This document shows positions 36,765 through 46,934 of a stretch of 64,000 nt of DNA, one piece after another. The notes under the pieces are model-generated. The model saw only the letters and a list, made by a program, of their open reading frames with translations. It had not been told where the DNA came from and ran no database searches. The stretch is from an uncultured Bdellovibrionales bacterium (GTDB lineage: Bacteria > Bdellovibrionota_C > UBA2361 > SZUA-149): assembly GCA_965366815.1 (NCBI GenBank), contig CBDUGV010000003.1, positions 741-64,740 on the forward strand, given 5' to 3'. The stretch's first letter is position 1; each line of letters starts with the position of its first letter. The translations under genes and the position numbers were made by a program.

Positions 36765-38909
36765 CTAAGGATGGAGCAGCCGGTGCAAAGCATCGGGATG
36801 ACGCTGCCAATTGTAAGCCACCGGATCATCTGGTGAACTCCCATAGGGAATCGGATACATCCCTTCATCTGAAGTGCCGAGAGCTTCGTAACTAGTAGGG
36901 CTTGGGAGTTGTTCTCGCATGGCATTCCATTTGGCAACTTGTTGGGCAAAACTTCGATCTAGTTGCCCACGGTCGCTATAGAAACGAGAATAGTTCGCAA
37001 GTTCCAACTGCTTGTCCATCCAAAAAAGAGCGAGTAATGGTGTGAGCGCTACTGTTGCGAATAGCAACTTCTTTTTCTTGCCACGCATTGGGAGTTCGGT
37101 CGGTCGTCCAGCTGGAAGAAAGAGCGGTGCCAGCAGCAGACAAACGCCGAGCAGCGATACCGCGTGATAGCGAAGTGAGAGGGAGTACTCTACCCCACCC
37201 CAGTCGTATCTGCCGATAGCAGTGAGCAAGAAGGGTGAAATGAGCACGAGTTGACCGAGCAGCCAATGCCTCCAACCGCCGTTTCTTTTGAATAGATAAT
37301 ACCCGAGTAGTGCGAGTGAGACGCCAGAACTGATCAGCGTCAATGCTAAGTCCTTAAACATCAACTGCGTATTTGGTACATAGAACTGCAACTGGTAGAA
37401 GCCCAATCCCCGCAAAAAGCTGCCAAATTGAGAACCAAAGAAAGTATAGCGCAGCAAAGGCTCCAGGTGAGGCATCGCAATCTCGTCTCGCCCCTGACCG
37501 ATCCCTTGGCGATTGAGCAGGTACGCGACTGCTACAATACCGGCAGCAGCGAGGGTTGCCCCGGCTACCTTCCAAAACTGTTGGCGATACTTCGGGGCAA
37601 AAAGCAGAGCCAAGAGTAGAACCTCAGCCCAAAGCGTAACCCCTCCGCCGAAGCAGAGTGGCGCTGCGATCGTACACGCAAAGAGTGAAAAAAGAAGCCA
37701 GACCCGACCTCCACGCAGATAAGCTAGGGCAGATAGATAGGCTAAGAGACGGAAGCTGATAGAGAGGAGCGTGCTTTGACAGGTTATCCATTGTACTACT
37801 GCGGTTTGAAGTGCGCAGCAGCTAAAGAGACCGCAGGAGAGTACCGCAGCCGCGGTGGACTTGAGTCCGAGTTTTCGCAGCAAGACAAAAAGGAGCGCTG
37901 CATTTGCTGCAAACAAGCCAAAGGTCACCAGTTGGTAGGCGAAGTAGTTGCCGCCAAATAGCCGATATTCAGCCTGAAACAGTGCTGAGAATAGCGGGAT
38001 GAAGTGCTCGTGATGGCTAATGAAAATGCCCTTGATGCCGTGTTGTATAAAACGCTCAAAGAACAGCAGGTCATCTCCGTAGAAGAAGAGATCAAACCGG
38101 TAGTGGACTAAGAGTGATAATCCAGCAGAGACCATACAGGCACTGAAAAATCCTTGAGCAAGTGGCAGCGCGAGGCAGGCAGTGACGACAAGGCTTGCAC
38201 AAAACGCCCAGTGAATAATGGAAGCTCGCTCAGCTGCAAATCGGCGAAGCAAGACCGTCCATTGTGGGACGTCGTAGAAATTAATCCGCTCTCGCAATGA
38301 AAGCCAACCAGCTCCTGGTTCATGATCTACTAAGTGCAAGCGAAGGCGTTCTGTGGGTTCTAGATCTTCTAAGAAATGCCCCATCAAACGCCATGTGCCA
38401 TACCGCTTACCCTCCGCCGGTTGTAGGCGAACCTTTGAGCCGTCCGACTCTCGTTCTATAGCGATATACAACTTATGGGGTGAACCGATGGGTTTGCTCG
38501 CGGCGTATTCGAGCTCCAGATAATTGGCAGCTGGAACAAACCAATCGCTAGAACACGTTGCGACTGCCGCTGGTTTGCCGGGGAACCAGGTTGCAATTCG
38601 TTTGAGTTTGGCGAAGCCGACAGAATCACTGTCAGTAGCGCTGCAGGGTCCAAGATTGCTCCAAGGCACCGAGACGTGGCTGTTGAATGTTCGGTAGAAC
38701 TTTGTATGGGCGAGCTTGTAGGAAACCGCAAACAAGAGTGTTGCGAGAACTGAAACTATCAGCAGCGAGAGATGGAGCCGACGAAACCGGAACGTGCTGA
38801 GCCGAGCGGAGTCGAGAAACGATTGCTCCTCGCATTGTTCGAAGCTTCGTGCGGTATTCTCAGCAACCAAGGGAAAAGGCTCTCTTCGCAAGCATCCCGG
38901 AACCACCAA
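36765..38909 (-). CDS. Large polytopic membrane protein of unknown function (possibly a GT-C-like glycosyltransferase).
   Basis: 714 aa with more than 10 hydrophobic segments; no confidently recognised motif. Confidence 0.45.
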   Translation of the reverse strand: MVVPGCLRREPFPLVAENTARSFEQCEEQSFLDSARLSTFRFRRLHLSLLIVSVLATLLFAVSYKLAHTKFYRTFNSHVSVPWSNLGPCSATDSDSVGFAKLKRIATWFPGKPAAVATCSSDWFVPAANYLELEYAASKPIGSPHKLYIAIERESDGSKVRLQPAEGKRYGTWRLMGHFLEDLEPTERLRLHLVDHEPGAGWLSLRERINFYDVPQWTVLLRRFAAERASIIHWAFCASLVVTACLALPLAQGFFSACMVSAGLSLLVHYRFDLFFYGDDLLFFERFIQHGIKGIFISHHEHFIPLFSALFQAEYRLFGGNYFAYQLVTFGLFAANAALLFVLLRKLGLKSTAAAVLSCGLFSCCALQTAVVQWITCQSTLLSISFRLLAYLSALAYLRGGRVWLLFSLFACTIAAPLCFGGGVTLWAEVLLLALLFAPKYRQQFWKVAGATLAAAGIVAVAYLLNRQGIGQGRDEIAMPHLEPLLRYTFFGSQFGSFLRGLGFYQLQFYVPNTQLMFKDLALTLISSGVSLALLGYYLFKRNGGWRHWLLGQLVLISPFLLTAIGRYDWGGVEYSLSLRYHAVSLLGVCLLLAPLFLPAGRPTELPMRGKKKKLLFATVALTPLLALFWMDKQLELANYSRFYSDRGQLDRSFAQQVAKWNAMREQLPSPTSYEALGTSDEGMYPIPYGSSPDDPVAYNWQRHPDALHRLLHP

Positions 38910-39202
38910 AGAGAACCATAGTTGCCCTGCTTAAAAGTGGTGTTCCAATAGGTATCATCGGGCCTCTTGTGGACGAAGTGGTTGGGAAAGCACATTTCAT
39001 ACTGAAGTCCTCACCTATCATAAGGCTGGGGTGACCTCAAATCCAGCTAGTTTCAGCTCCGGCGGACTGACAATAAGGCTGAAATATTAGGGAGTTACCC
39101 GGGATGTCGGCAGCTGCTTGCAGCCTCATTCACATTTAAGTTCTCCAGCCTAAGAGTCGATTATTTAGGTAGGGCTGATCTCAGTTGAAAGCGAAGAAGA
39201 GT

Positions 39203-39637
39203 ATGATGAAGTTTCCTTTTCGGGCGTATGTGTTCGCGGTGTTCTGCTGCTCGTTTGTGGTGGCGCCCTCATTCGTCATAGCTGAGACCTCTAGCAAAAG
39301 CACTGAACGTGTTCAGACGGAGGGCGAGGAAGTCTGTCCAGAAGAAGAGGCAGCAGCTCAAGCTTCCAAGACAGAAGAAGAGGCAGGAGAGACTGAGGAT
39401 CTTCAAAAGAATACCACGAAAGTTATTCGACCATTTGGCCCCGGCCTCAAGAAATCAAATTCTGAAAAGACAGTAGGCAGTCGTTTTAGTCGTTATAGCG
39501 GCAACGACGGATATGAGAATCATGATGGCATTGTTGATGTCGCCCGAGTCGAACGGAAGCGCCGCAGGCAAAGTGCCTCTGCGAGGACGGCATCATCGGC
39601 AAGTCGTGCAGGCCGTTCCAGAAAACGGCGTAGTTGA
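39203..39637 (+). CDS. Secreted low-complexity protein with a Glu-rich middle and Arg/Ser-rich C-terminus.
   Basis: Signal peptide MMKFPFRAYVFAVFCCSFVVAPSFVIAE and a C-terminal RKRRRQSASARTASSASRAGRSRKRRS. Coding status uncertain. Confidence 0.35.
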   Translation: MMKFPFRAYVFAVFCCSFVVAPSFVIAETSSKSTERVQTEGEEVCPEEEAAAQASKTEEEAGETEDLQKNTTKVIRPFGPGLKKSNSEKTVGSRFSRYSGNDGYENHDGIVDVARVERKRRRQSASARTASSASRAGRSRKRRS

Positions 39638-39692
39638 CGTCGAAGATAGAAGTGACATTCGCCGGTGGCTGATGTTTTAGAGTTTCAAACGT

Positions 39693-40532
39693 ATGGATTT
39701 GAAAGATACAAAAGAACAGGATATCGCGTCGACTTCGACCAGTGCCGTTCGCAGGCAGATTGCGATAAGTACTGGGGTTGTGCTGTTTCTGATCTTAGGT
39801 ATCTTGGTCGCAGTTGGTTTTCGCAACCCGCGCGTTGGGCTATCAGCTTCGTTGGAACAAACGGAGAGTTTGCAAGTTCCTGAGCCCGTCGCTGAGCCAT
39901 TGGTGAACCCACTTGAGGAGTGCGTTCATCGCATGCCGATTCCGTTCGGCGGAAAAGCGAGAACGAAGTGCTTGCTCAATTGCTATGCACCTGGAGTAGA
40001 TACGCCTTTGTGTGAGAAGGTTTGCGACCAGCGCAATGCCGAGAACTTTGCCGGGAGCCTTCTTTGGCAAGGACACTCGCCGAAGCCGGTTGCAGAGAAA
40101 ATTGCCACTGACTGCCTTGATCGAAGTCTGGCGTCGAAAGAACCAGTCTCCCGGACAGAGTGGGCCGACAAGACTGCAAAGATTGTAGAGTTTCTAGAGA
40201 TTACTGAAAAAGATGTAGAGCTCTATCAGCGAGAGGATCTCTCTAAAAGATTTTCGCAGTTTGAAAAAATCGATGCTGTGTTACCGAATCTAGAGAAACC
40301 GTCCTCGCCTCAACAAAAATTCTTACAACAGCTCAACGCAGTTCTGTGCCTACGTCAATCTATTGCAACAACTCAGTTAGCAGTACTCGAAGCAGCAGAA
40401 AGCTCAGATACCTTCAGTGAGCGGTTCTATCGATCAGTAGAGGAGACACTGTTGTCTTCGGCGCGGGTGCTTGAAGCCCCCCTCTCAGCCGCTTATATGG
40501 CAGCAGTCGTTGATCAGAGTCCGGACGCCTAG
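39693..40532 (+). CDS. Hypothetical membrane-anchored protein.
   Basis: Single N-terminal TM segment (ISTGVVLFLILGILVAVGF) then a Cys-containing periplasmic domain; no known domain. Confidence 0.4.
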   Translation: MDLKDTKEQDIASTSTSAVRRQIAISTGVVLFLILGILVAVGFRNPRVGLSASLEQTESLQVPEPVAEPLVNPLEECVHRMPIPFGGKARTKCLLNCYAPGVDTPLCEKVCDQRNAENFAGSLLWQGHSPKPVAEKIATDCLDRSLASKEPVSRTEWADKTAKIVEFLEITEKDVELYQREDLSKRFSQFEKIDAVLPNLEKPSSPQQKFLQQLNAVLCLRQSIATTQLAVLEAAESSDTFSERFYRSVEETLLSSARVLEAPLSAAYMAAVVDQSPDA

Positions 40533-40536
40533 GGAG

Positions 40537-41376
40537 ATGATGATGCAGCCTCACATGCGAATCATACAACTATTTGCACCAAGCGCTCTACCTATACTTA
40601 TACTCCTCGGTTTGCTCGTAGTACTTCCAACTGTCACCTTTGCTGATCCAAACACGAAGTGTTTGGCTGAGGCAAAAGGAAGAGACATTCGTTGGGATAA
40701 AGCCTGGCAGGCAGATCGTTCAGATCACGACGTGGTGTATCGCGTTGAGAGCATAAAGCGTGTGAAGTATCCACCGGCAATTGTCATTGAACTTGCCTCG
40801 ACTGGACCGGCTAAGAAGAAGAAACGCAAGGCTCGGATCACACGGGAGCATGTTGAGAGAATGTTTTGCCAACGAATGGTCGATACTGGCAGAAAGAAAG
40901 GCGTGTTGGTCGCCTATGGATCGGGTATCAGCTATACGACCCGTGGAAAAGAGATAAACGTAAGTTACAATAGCCGAGAGGTTTCGCCGAAAGATTTAGT
41001 ATTTCGAAAATTCCATGGGGGAGCGTGGGTGCCAGCAAAGGCTCGAGTTGGTGAGAAACAGGTGGTATGCAAGCTGCCAACCATATCATATGCCTGTAGT
41101 GAAACGGACAAGAAGTCCTTGGAGCGCCACCGCAGCGCAACGCGGCCACATCACCATCCGTATTATAAGATGATAGTACCCAATGGATTCATCAGACACA
41201 CTGCTAATGGATGGAAAAGAGCTGAGCCACTTGGTCTTCCAGTCGATGCGCTTATGAGTGAGTGTCAGGTGGGTAACGAAACGTACTCTTGTTTAGCTGA
41301 GGAGAAAAAGAAACACGAAGTTGACCTCCTCACTCTTCAAAAACAATTAGAGATTGAACAGAAAATCAGCCGCTAA
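40537..41376 (+). CDS. Hypothetical secreted protein.
   Basis: ATG triplet at 40537-40545 just after the upstream stop, AGGGAG immediately upstream, signal peptide (RIIQLFAPSALPILILLGLLVVLPTVTFA), Lys-rich patch (KKKKRKAR). Confidence 0.4.
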   Translation: MMMQPHMRIIQLFAPSALPILILLGLLVVLPTVTFADPNTKCLAEAKGRDIRWDKAWQADRSDHDVVYRVESIKRVKYPPAIVIELASTGPAKKKKRKARITREHVERMFCQRMVDTGRKKGVLVAYGSGISYTTRGKEINVSYNSREVSPKDLVFRKFHGGAWVPAKARVGEKQVVCKLPTISYACSETDKKSLERHRSATRPHHHPYYKMIVPNGFIRHTANGWKRAEPLGLPVDALMSECQVGNETYSCLAEEKKKHEVDLLTLQKQLEIEQKISR

Positions 41377-41478
41377 CTCTAAAGATTTATGGTTTTTCGG
41401 CCGAGGATTAAGCTTGTTGGTGAGCTGCACGTACTCATGTGCAGTGTTGGTTCATGTACACATCGGTTGGTTTCTATC

Positions 41479-41958
41479 ATGAAAGTAAGGTTCCTGATCC
41501 TTTCAATATCGGTAATGTCTCTCATCGCAGCAATGGGAATTCCCAAGACCAGCTTTTCGCAAGGAATGACGGGCGTAGAGGACATGCGAATGAGTAGTTT
41601 GCAATTCGACTCATTTCGCTTGGCACACTTCGCGGTGGATAAAACACCATTATACATGCTGCCGCTCGACGGGGTTCGGATCGATAGGGTAACGTATGAT
41701 GGGGCTAAATTGGATTCTTCGGCTCGAGCGGCTTTGGAAAAATCGATCAAGCGATTAGTCGCCTGTGGCTATCAACCAAGCGCAAAAGTGCAGCTTATAG
41801 GACAGGAAGACGAGGTCTTGTCTTTTGAAGGCGCTATGGGCTTAAACTATAACCCAGAAGGTGAAGTGCTTTGGGAACAGTCAGCGCAAGAACAGGAAAC
41901 TTCATCTGAGTTTCTCGCGAGCTGTATATACCACCTTTCAGGCCAAGACCTCGTGTAG
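41479..41958 (+). CDS. Hypothetical secreted protein.
   Basis: Signal peptide (MKVRFLILSISVMSLIAAMG); no known domain. Confidence 0.4.
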   Translation: MKVRFLILSISVMSLIAAMGIPKTSFSQGMTGVEDMRMSSLQFDSFRLAHFAVDKTPLYMLPLDGVRIDRVTYDGAKLDSSARAALEKSIKRLVACGYQPSAKVQLIGQEDEVLSFEGAMGLNYNPEGEVLWEQSAQEQETSSEFLASCIYHLSGQDLV

Positions 41959-42059
41959 CATACTCCCAAATACTAGATTTCATTTGTGTAAGCTGTACAG
42001 CAGCTCCTGCCTTCTCTTGTTTGATTGACGGCAGTATAGAGAACCGGTAGGAACCTTGC

Positions 42060-43085
42060 ATGACTGAACCTACCGAACTTTCCACATGGGGCTCTGAAGA
42101 AACGAAGTACTTCTACGAGCTCACCCCTGAACGCATTCTCGATGCTGTCGAGACTTTTGGTTTCAAATGCACTGGGCGCTGTATGGCACTCAATAGTATG
42201 GAGAACCGGGTTTACGACGTAGAAATCGAAGTGGACGATGAGAAGAGTCTTCGAACCCGGAGTGAGCGTTTTCGAATTGTAAAATTTTATCGCCCAGGAC
42301 GTTGGACTGAGACGCAGATTCGTGAGGAGCATCAGTTCCTCTTAGATCTGACGGAGCTTGAGATACCAGTTGTCGCGCCCTTGCAATTTGGAGATGGAGA
42401 GACACTTCTCAAAGTGCCCGATTGCAATATTTGGGCGGCTGTCTTTCCGAAAGTTGGTGGGCGGAATCCAGATGAGCTTCAGGACGATCAGCTCCCGCTG
42501 GTTGGTCGCTTGCTTGCTCGATTGCACAATGCGGGTGCGACACGAGAGGCGTCGCATAGAGTACAATTGTGCCCGGCGACCTATGGGCTTGAGAATTTAC
42601 AATTTCTCTTGGACCAACAGATCCTTCCCGAGCAGATCGAAGATCGCTATGCCGATCTGGTAGAGGAGATTTGTGACATTTCGGAGCCTTGGTTTGCAGA
42701 GAGCGAAGTGCAACGAATACACGGTGACTGCCATTTGGGTAATCTCCTTTGGGGAGACGCAGGCCCGTTTTGGGTCGATTTCGATGATATGGTTCGTGGA
42801 CCCTGCGTTCAGGATATCTGGCTGATGATCCCAGGAAGAGACGATTATGCAAAGCGACAATTGGATATCGTTCTTGAAGCCTATGAGCAGATGCGTGTGT
42901 TTGATAATCGTTCGCTGAGATTGATTGAACCACTTCGCGCACTTCGCATGGTTCATTTTAATGCGTGGATTGCCAAGCGTTGGGAAGACCCCGCGTTTCC
43001 CCGTACATTTGTTGAGTTTGGGACAGAGAAATACTGGAACGAGCAATTGCGTCAGCTCGAGGACCAATTGGATCTTCTCCCGTAG
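42060..43085 (+). CDS. srkA: Stress-response Ser/Thr protein kinase SrkA (YihE/RdoA family).
   Basis: LNSMENRVYDVEIEVDD...FRIVKFYRPGRWTETQIREEHQFLLDL...VVAPLQFGDGETLL...IHGDCHLGNLLW...FWVDFDDMVRGPCVQDIWLM...IEPLRALRMVHFNAWIAKRWEDPAFPRTF is collinear with E. coli YihE. Confidence 0.85.
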   Translation: MTEPTELSTWGSEETKYFYELTPERILDAVETFGFKCTGRCMALNSMENRVYDVEIEVDDEKSLRTRSERFRIVKFYRPGRWTETQIREEHQFLLDLTELEIPVVAPLQFGDGETLLKVPDCNIWAAVFPKVGGRNPDELQDDQLPLVGRLLARLHNAGATREASHRVQLCPATYGLENLQFLLDQQILPEQIEDRYADLVEEICDISEPWFAESEVQRIHGDCHLGNLLWGDAGPFWVDFDDMVRGPCVQDIWLMIPGRDDYAKRQLDIVLEAYEQMRVFDNRSLRLIEPLRALRMVHFNAWIAKRWEDPAFPRTFVEFGTEKYWNEQLRQLEDQLDLLP

Positions 43086-43232
43086 TCTTTTTTTGTACAT
43101 CTGCGGTAATACTGTAAAAGTTCACGGTATAACTTCCGACCTTTCTACTGCCATTTGACTTCTCTTGGCTGAGGTCGCAGATTTGCACCTGACTACTTTC
43201 GATCAACTTCTTTTCACTTTGGGAAAACACTA

Positions 43233-44246
43233 ATGACTATCTTCTTTCGAACTGTATTGGCGTTCTTATTGTTCCTTGCATCAGCCTCAATTGCCGTCGC
43301 GCAGGATCAAGCTCACCAGGTAGACCAAACGAATGCAGCGCGTGCGAAGATGGCGCGCCCCGCAAACGACGAACTTCTCCCACCGAATGCGAGACCGGGC
43401 GAATGTTATGCCAGAGCATTTATTCCACCACAGTACGAGACGACGGAAGAGAAGCTCGTGAAGCAAGAGGCGGGCGAAGAACTGTCCGTCACACCAGCGT
43501 CGTTTGAGACCGTTGAAGAGAAAGTGGTGATTGAGGAAGCGTCACATTCACTCGAGGTGATTCCACCGACGTATGAATGGGTCGAAGAGAAAGTGATGGT
43601 GAAGCCCGAACATAAGAAGATTGAAGTGGTTCCCGCTCAATATGAGGTCGTGGAGAATAAGATCGTCGATAAGCCGGCACACACCGTATGGAAAAAGGGT
43701 CGTGGACCGGTAGAGAAGATGGACAATGCGACTGGTGAGATCATGTGCCTTGTCGAAGTTCCGGCGAAATACAAAGTGGTGAAAAAGCGTATTCTGAAAG
43801 CAGCTGCTTCGGTGAAAGAGACCGTTGTGCCAGCGACCTACAAGACAATTCGAAAGAAGGTAGTGAAGACGCCAGCGCAAACAAAGAAAGTAGCGGTACC
43901 GGCGAAATACGAAACCATCACCGTAGAACGCTTGGTGAAAGCACCGGGAGTAGCTCGTAAGGCGATTGCAGAAGAATTCCAGACCGTGTCAAAAACGGCA
44001 AAAGTTGCTGATGGTCGCATGGAATGGCGTCCAGTACTTTGCGAAACGAATATGACCGATGGATCGATTCAGGCGATTCAAGAAGCCTTGCTCAAGGAGG
44101 GCTTTGATATCGGAGCTGCTGATGGAAAGTTGGGTAAAAAGACTGTCAGCGCGATTGGCGAATACCAAAAACGCCATGGGCTTGCTGAAGGTGGTTTCAC
44201 TTTAGAAACGCTTGAGAAGCTCGGAGTAAAGACCAAGAGGAGCTAG
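43233..44246 (+). CDS. Secreted tandem-repeat protein with a C-terminal peptidoglycan-binding (PG_binding_1-like) domain.
   Basis: Signal peptide. At least four imperfect repeats of about 25-30 aa with the pattern (I/V)PxxYExVxEKVxVKP. C-terminal IQAIQEALLKEGFDIGAADGKLGKKTVSAIGEYQKRHGL. Confidence 0.55.
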   Translation: MTIFFRTVLAFLLFLASASIAVAQDQAHQVDQTNAARAKMARPANDELLPPNARPGECYARAFIPPQYETTEEKLVKQEAGEELSVTPASFETVEEKVVIEEASHSLEVIPPTYEWVEEKVMVKPEHKKIEVVPAQYEVVENKIVDKPAHTVWKKGRGPVEKMDNATGEIMCLVEVPAKYKVVKKRILKAAASVKETVVPATYKTIRKKVVKTPAQTKKVAVPAKYETITVERLVKAPGVARKAIAEEFQTVSKTAKVADGRMEWRPVLCETNMTDGSIQAIQEALLKEGFDIGAADGKLGKKTVSAIGEYQKRHGLAEGGFTLETLEKLGVKTKRS

Positions 44247-44260
44247 CTCTCCCCCAAAAT

Positions 44261-44300
44261 CTATACTAGCTCGGAGCGGTTCTCGCTCCAGCTAGTATAG
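44261..44300 (+). terminator. Long inverted repeat just after the repeat-protein stop; a candidate terminator or protein-binding site.
   Basis: CTATACTAGCTCGGAGCG / CGCTCCAGCTAGTATAG arms of about 17 bp with one bulge. A T-run (44328-44336) follows 27 nt later, so not a canonical intrinsic terminator. Confidence 0.4.
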
Positions 44301-44419
44301 GTTAAGATTTCTCTTCCTTTCTTCGGCTTTTTTTATTTAAGCCAACAAAGCACAATATTGTGGAATAACAAGACCATGGCGTGTTGTGTTACAACTATGA
44401 TGTGCCAACCATTGTAACC

Positions 44420-44428
44420 TGCTATAAT
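44420..44428 (+). promoter_or_regulatory. Extended -10 promoter element upstream of the M43 protease gene.
   Basis: TGcTATAAT 28 nt upstream of the ATG, with GGAG 7 nt before the ATG. The -35 is weak. Confidence 0.35.
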
Positions 44429-44455
44429 TTAATGCGTTTCTGGCTTGGAGAATAA

Positions 44456-45493
44456 TTGATGCGTAAGGTCTGGATTGTTTCTATCGGCGTTTTGGCTGTT
44501 ATCGCGCTTGGATGTGCGGTGGATTCCGGCGGAGGCGATGGTGGAGGCTCCTCGACCGTGAGCGGTTCAAGCAGCGCCGTCGAGGATGATTCGTTCACTG
44601 GTATCAGTATCAACAATGATGTCATCGATTCGGTATTCAACGATTCTGCCCGCTCGTTCTTCTTCTGCGGGACCGAAGATCCTGACGACGGGACGAAGGG
44701 TCAGCTCTCAGGACAGTTTATAGATTTTCAGCGCAGTGGACGGCTCGCTCAAACTACTGCTGCGACTGCCGAGATTTCGGTGTTCTTTCACGTCATCAGT
44801 CGCGGGGATTCGCGTGAAGATGGTGAGGTTCCCGACTCAGATTTGATTATACAACTCGATGCAATGAACCGTGCCTTTAGTGGGGCTGCAGGAGGAGTGC
44901 GTACCGGGTTCCAATTTCGTTTAGCCGGCATCAATCGCGTACGCCGTCCTGAATGGTTTAATCTAGGTCTCGGATCTGAAGAGGAGATTGACATGAAGCA
45001 GACGCTTCAACAGGGTGGCCCCGAAACCCTCAATATCTACACTACCACAATCGACAGTAGTACTTTTGCTGAAGGGGAAGTGGGAACGGTACTCGGATAT
45101 TCCTCGCTACCGGTTTTCTATCCCCTGATTCCGTTTTTCGACGGAATCGTGATGAATCACAACGCTCTTCCAGGTGGGTCTGCGGATCGCTACAACACAG
45201 GGGGAGTATTGGTCCACGAAGCTGGCCATTGGATGGGCTTGCTTCATACGTTTGAAGGGGAGTGTGATGGAACCTTCGATGATCTAGTGCAAGACACCCC
45301 CAGAGAAAAAATTCCAACCCGCGGCAACTTTTGCCCGGTCAATCAAGACACGTGCGAAAGCGAAGGTGTTGACCCGATTCACAACCACATGACGTACACC
45401 GAAGACGATTGCCGCTTCGAGTTTTCGCCGGGTCAAGTCGAGTTCATGCGTTTCAATGCCCTGATATTCCGGCTGTTGTTTCCAGAGCAGTAA
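44456..45493 (+). CDS. M43-family (pappalysin/ulilysin-like) zinc metalloprotease lipoprotein.
   Basis: Lipoprotein signal (VLAVIALGCAV), Gly-rich linker, HEAGHWMGLLHTF (HExxHxxGxxH) and downstream Cys pairs typical of M43B. Confidence 0.75.
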   Translation: MMRKVWIVSIGVLAVIALGCAVDSGGGDGGGSSTVSGSSSAVEDDSFTGISINNDVIDSVFNDSARSFFFCGTEDPDDGTKGQLSGQFIDFQRSGRLAQTTAATAEISVFFHVISRGDSREDGEVPDSDLIIQLDAMNRAFSGAAGGVRTGFQFRLAGINRVRRPEWFNLGLGSEEEIDMKQTLQQGGPETLNIYTTTIDSSTFAEGEVGTVLGYSSLPVFYPLIPFFDGIVMNHNALPGGSADRYNTGGVLVHEAGHWMGLLHTFEGECDGTFDDLVQDTPREKIPTRGNFCPVNQDTCESEGVDPIHNHMTYTEDDCRFEFSPGQVEFMRFNALIFRLLFPEQ

Positions 45494-45506
45494 CAGATTC
45501 GTCTCT

Positions 45507-46934
45507 TTAAGCTTGATAGACCAGTTTATCGAAGTCAGGCTCGCCTTTGAGGGGAGCAAGATCGGGGTCCATGATTGCGACTTCTCGGAGGGCGGGATCT
45601 AGTTCGAAGGCGATGCTAAGACTTTCGCAGGCTCGTTTTGCGTCTTGAAGCAGAGCATAGGCGCAGGCGATGTTCCAAAAGGTAGCTGGGTTCTCAGTGT
45701 CGCCTTGCAAATCACTTCGCAGCTCGTCTAGGCATTCTTCGGCGAGATCGGCATCGTTCTTCTTTGCATAACTGTAGGCGAGCAATCCTCGTAGTTCCAA
45801 GTTCTCGCAGTCTTCTTCTAAGGCTTCCTCCAGAATGGTAATGGCATTGTCTATGTTGCCAGACTCAATTTCTTGATGGGCATACATTGCCGATTGAGAT
45901 CCGGGAACGAGTTCGAGACTGCCGAACAATGAGTCGAGCATTGAGTTATCCTCGGCCGGACTGACAAACGCGGCCTCCAGATCGCAATTGTGTTTATAGC
46001 CACGTTCGGCGATCTGCTGAATCGTCTCGGAAATGTTCGAGAGAATATTTCGAGGCTGGTCGAACCAACCGTGAATCCAGTTTGCTCCACCATTCACGCT
46101 TCCGAGCTCTATGCGTTCAACGAACATTCCGCACTGAGTGCGAAGCTCGTCGATCAGAGCTTGTCCGTCAAAGTTCTTCACTTCGCGAAAGTAGAGTTCA
46201 AGACATACCGACTCGCCGATGAATCCACCGTCTTGGTCCAATTCTGCCGCTTGTAGACTGAGCACTTCACTGACTTTCTCAAATGAGATAACACGACGTT
46301 CTTCATCACTCGAATTATCAAACGTTGCGTAGTGATTTGCGAGTTCGTCGGCATACCTATCAAATCGCTGGGGTAGTTCTGTCAGAGGGAAAGCATTTGT
46401 ATCGCTCAACTTCTCTTTGTCGATGATTGTGACTTCGCCGACTTTGGTCGCAACATCAATTTCTCCAATCGCGGCATCGAGTAGGAGAAAGGCAATCTCC
46501 AGCCAGGAGTAGTAGTCCTCTGGACGATAGTTCTCAGCAAAAAGAGAGATGTCGATTCTGCGCAAGGATGACTTTAGAACACAGTCCACCTCAAGTGGTG
46601 AGATGTGAAAATCTCGAACGCTCAGCATCCCCCCTTCGAGCTGCTTTCGTTGACGAAAGCCAACTATCTGCCAGTGATCGAATTGCGGTTTCTGGTCAAG
46701 CAGCTGTTCCACCACTGGAATAAGCTCGCGTACGCCGTTGGCGCTGATCGTTAGTTCCCGACGCTCCGCATTGGCAGACCCAAGTTCGAACGTAAGATCG
46801 GGATCTACTTTTCTCAGCTGCTCACCCAACTTCTGTAGGGGCTCGTAGCCGCCTTTGACAGGGTCGTAGTTTCGCAACATGGATTCCTGGTTCGAAAACC
46901 AGGTCCAGAATTCTCTAATTGTGTCTTGCACCAT
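45507..46934 (-). CDS. TPR-repeat-containing hypothetical protein.
   Basis: C-terminal TPR-like helices (AITILEEALEED...LRGLLAYSYAKKNDADLAEECL...FWNIACAYALLQDAKRACESL). The N-terminal domain is unknown. ATG at 46934 preferred. Confidence 0.45.
   Translation of the reverse strand: MVQDTIREFWTWFSNQESMLRNYDPVKGGYEPLQKLGEQLRKVDPDLTFELGSANAERRELTISANGVRELIPVVEQLLDQKPQFDHWQIVGFRQRKQLEGGMLSVRDFHISPLEVDCVLKSSLRRIDISLFAENYRPEDYYSWLEIAFLLLDAAIGEIDVATKVGEVTIIDKEKLSDTNAFPLTELPQRFDRYADELANHYATFDNSSDEERRVISFEKVSEVLSLQAAELDQDGGFIGESVCLELYFREVKNFDGQALIDELRTQCGMFVERIELGSVNGGANWIHGWFDQPRNILSNISETIQQIAERGYKHNCDLEAAFVSPAEDNSMLDSLFGSLELVPGSQSAMYAHQEIESGNIDNAITILEEALEEDCENLELRGLLAYSYAKKNDADLAEECLDELRSDLQGDTENPATFWNIACAYALLQDAKRACESLSIAFELDPALREVAIMDPDLAPLKGEPDFDKLVYQA

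Noticed and set aside
43086-43110. T-run (TCTTTTTTTG) immediately after the srkA stop, considered as a terminator.
   Set aside because: No convincing GC-rich stem precedes it.
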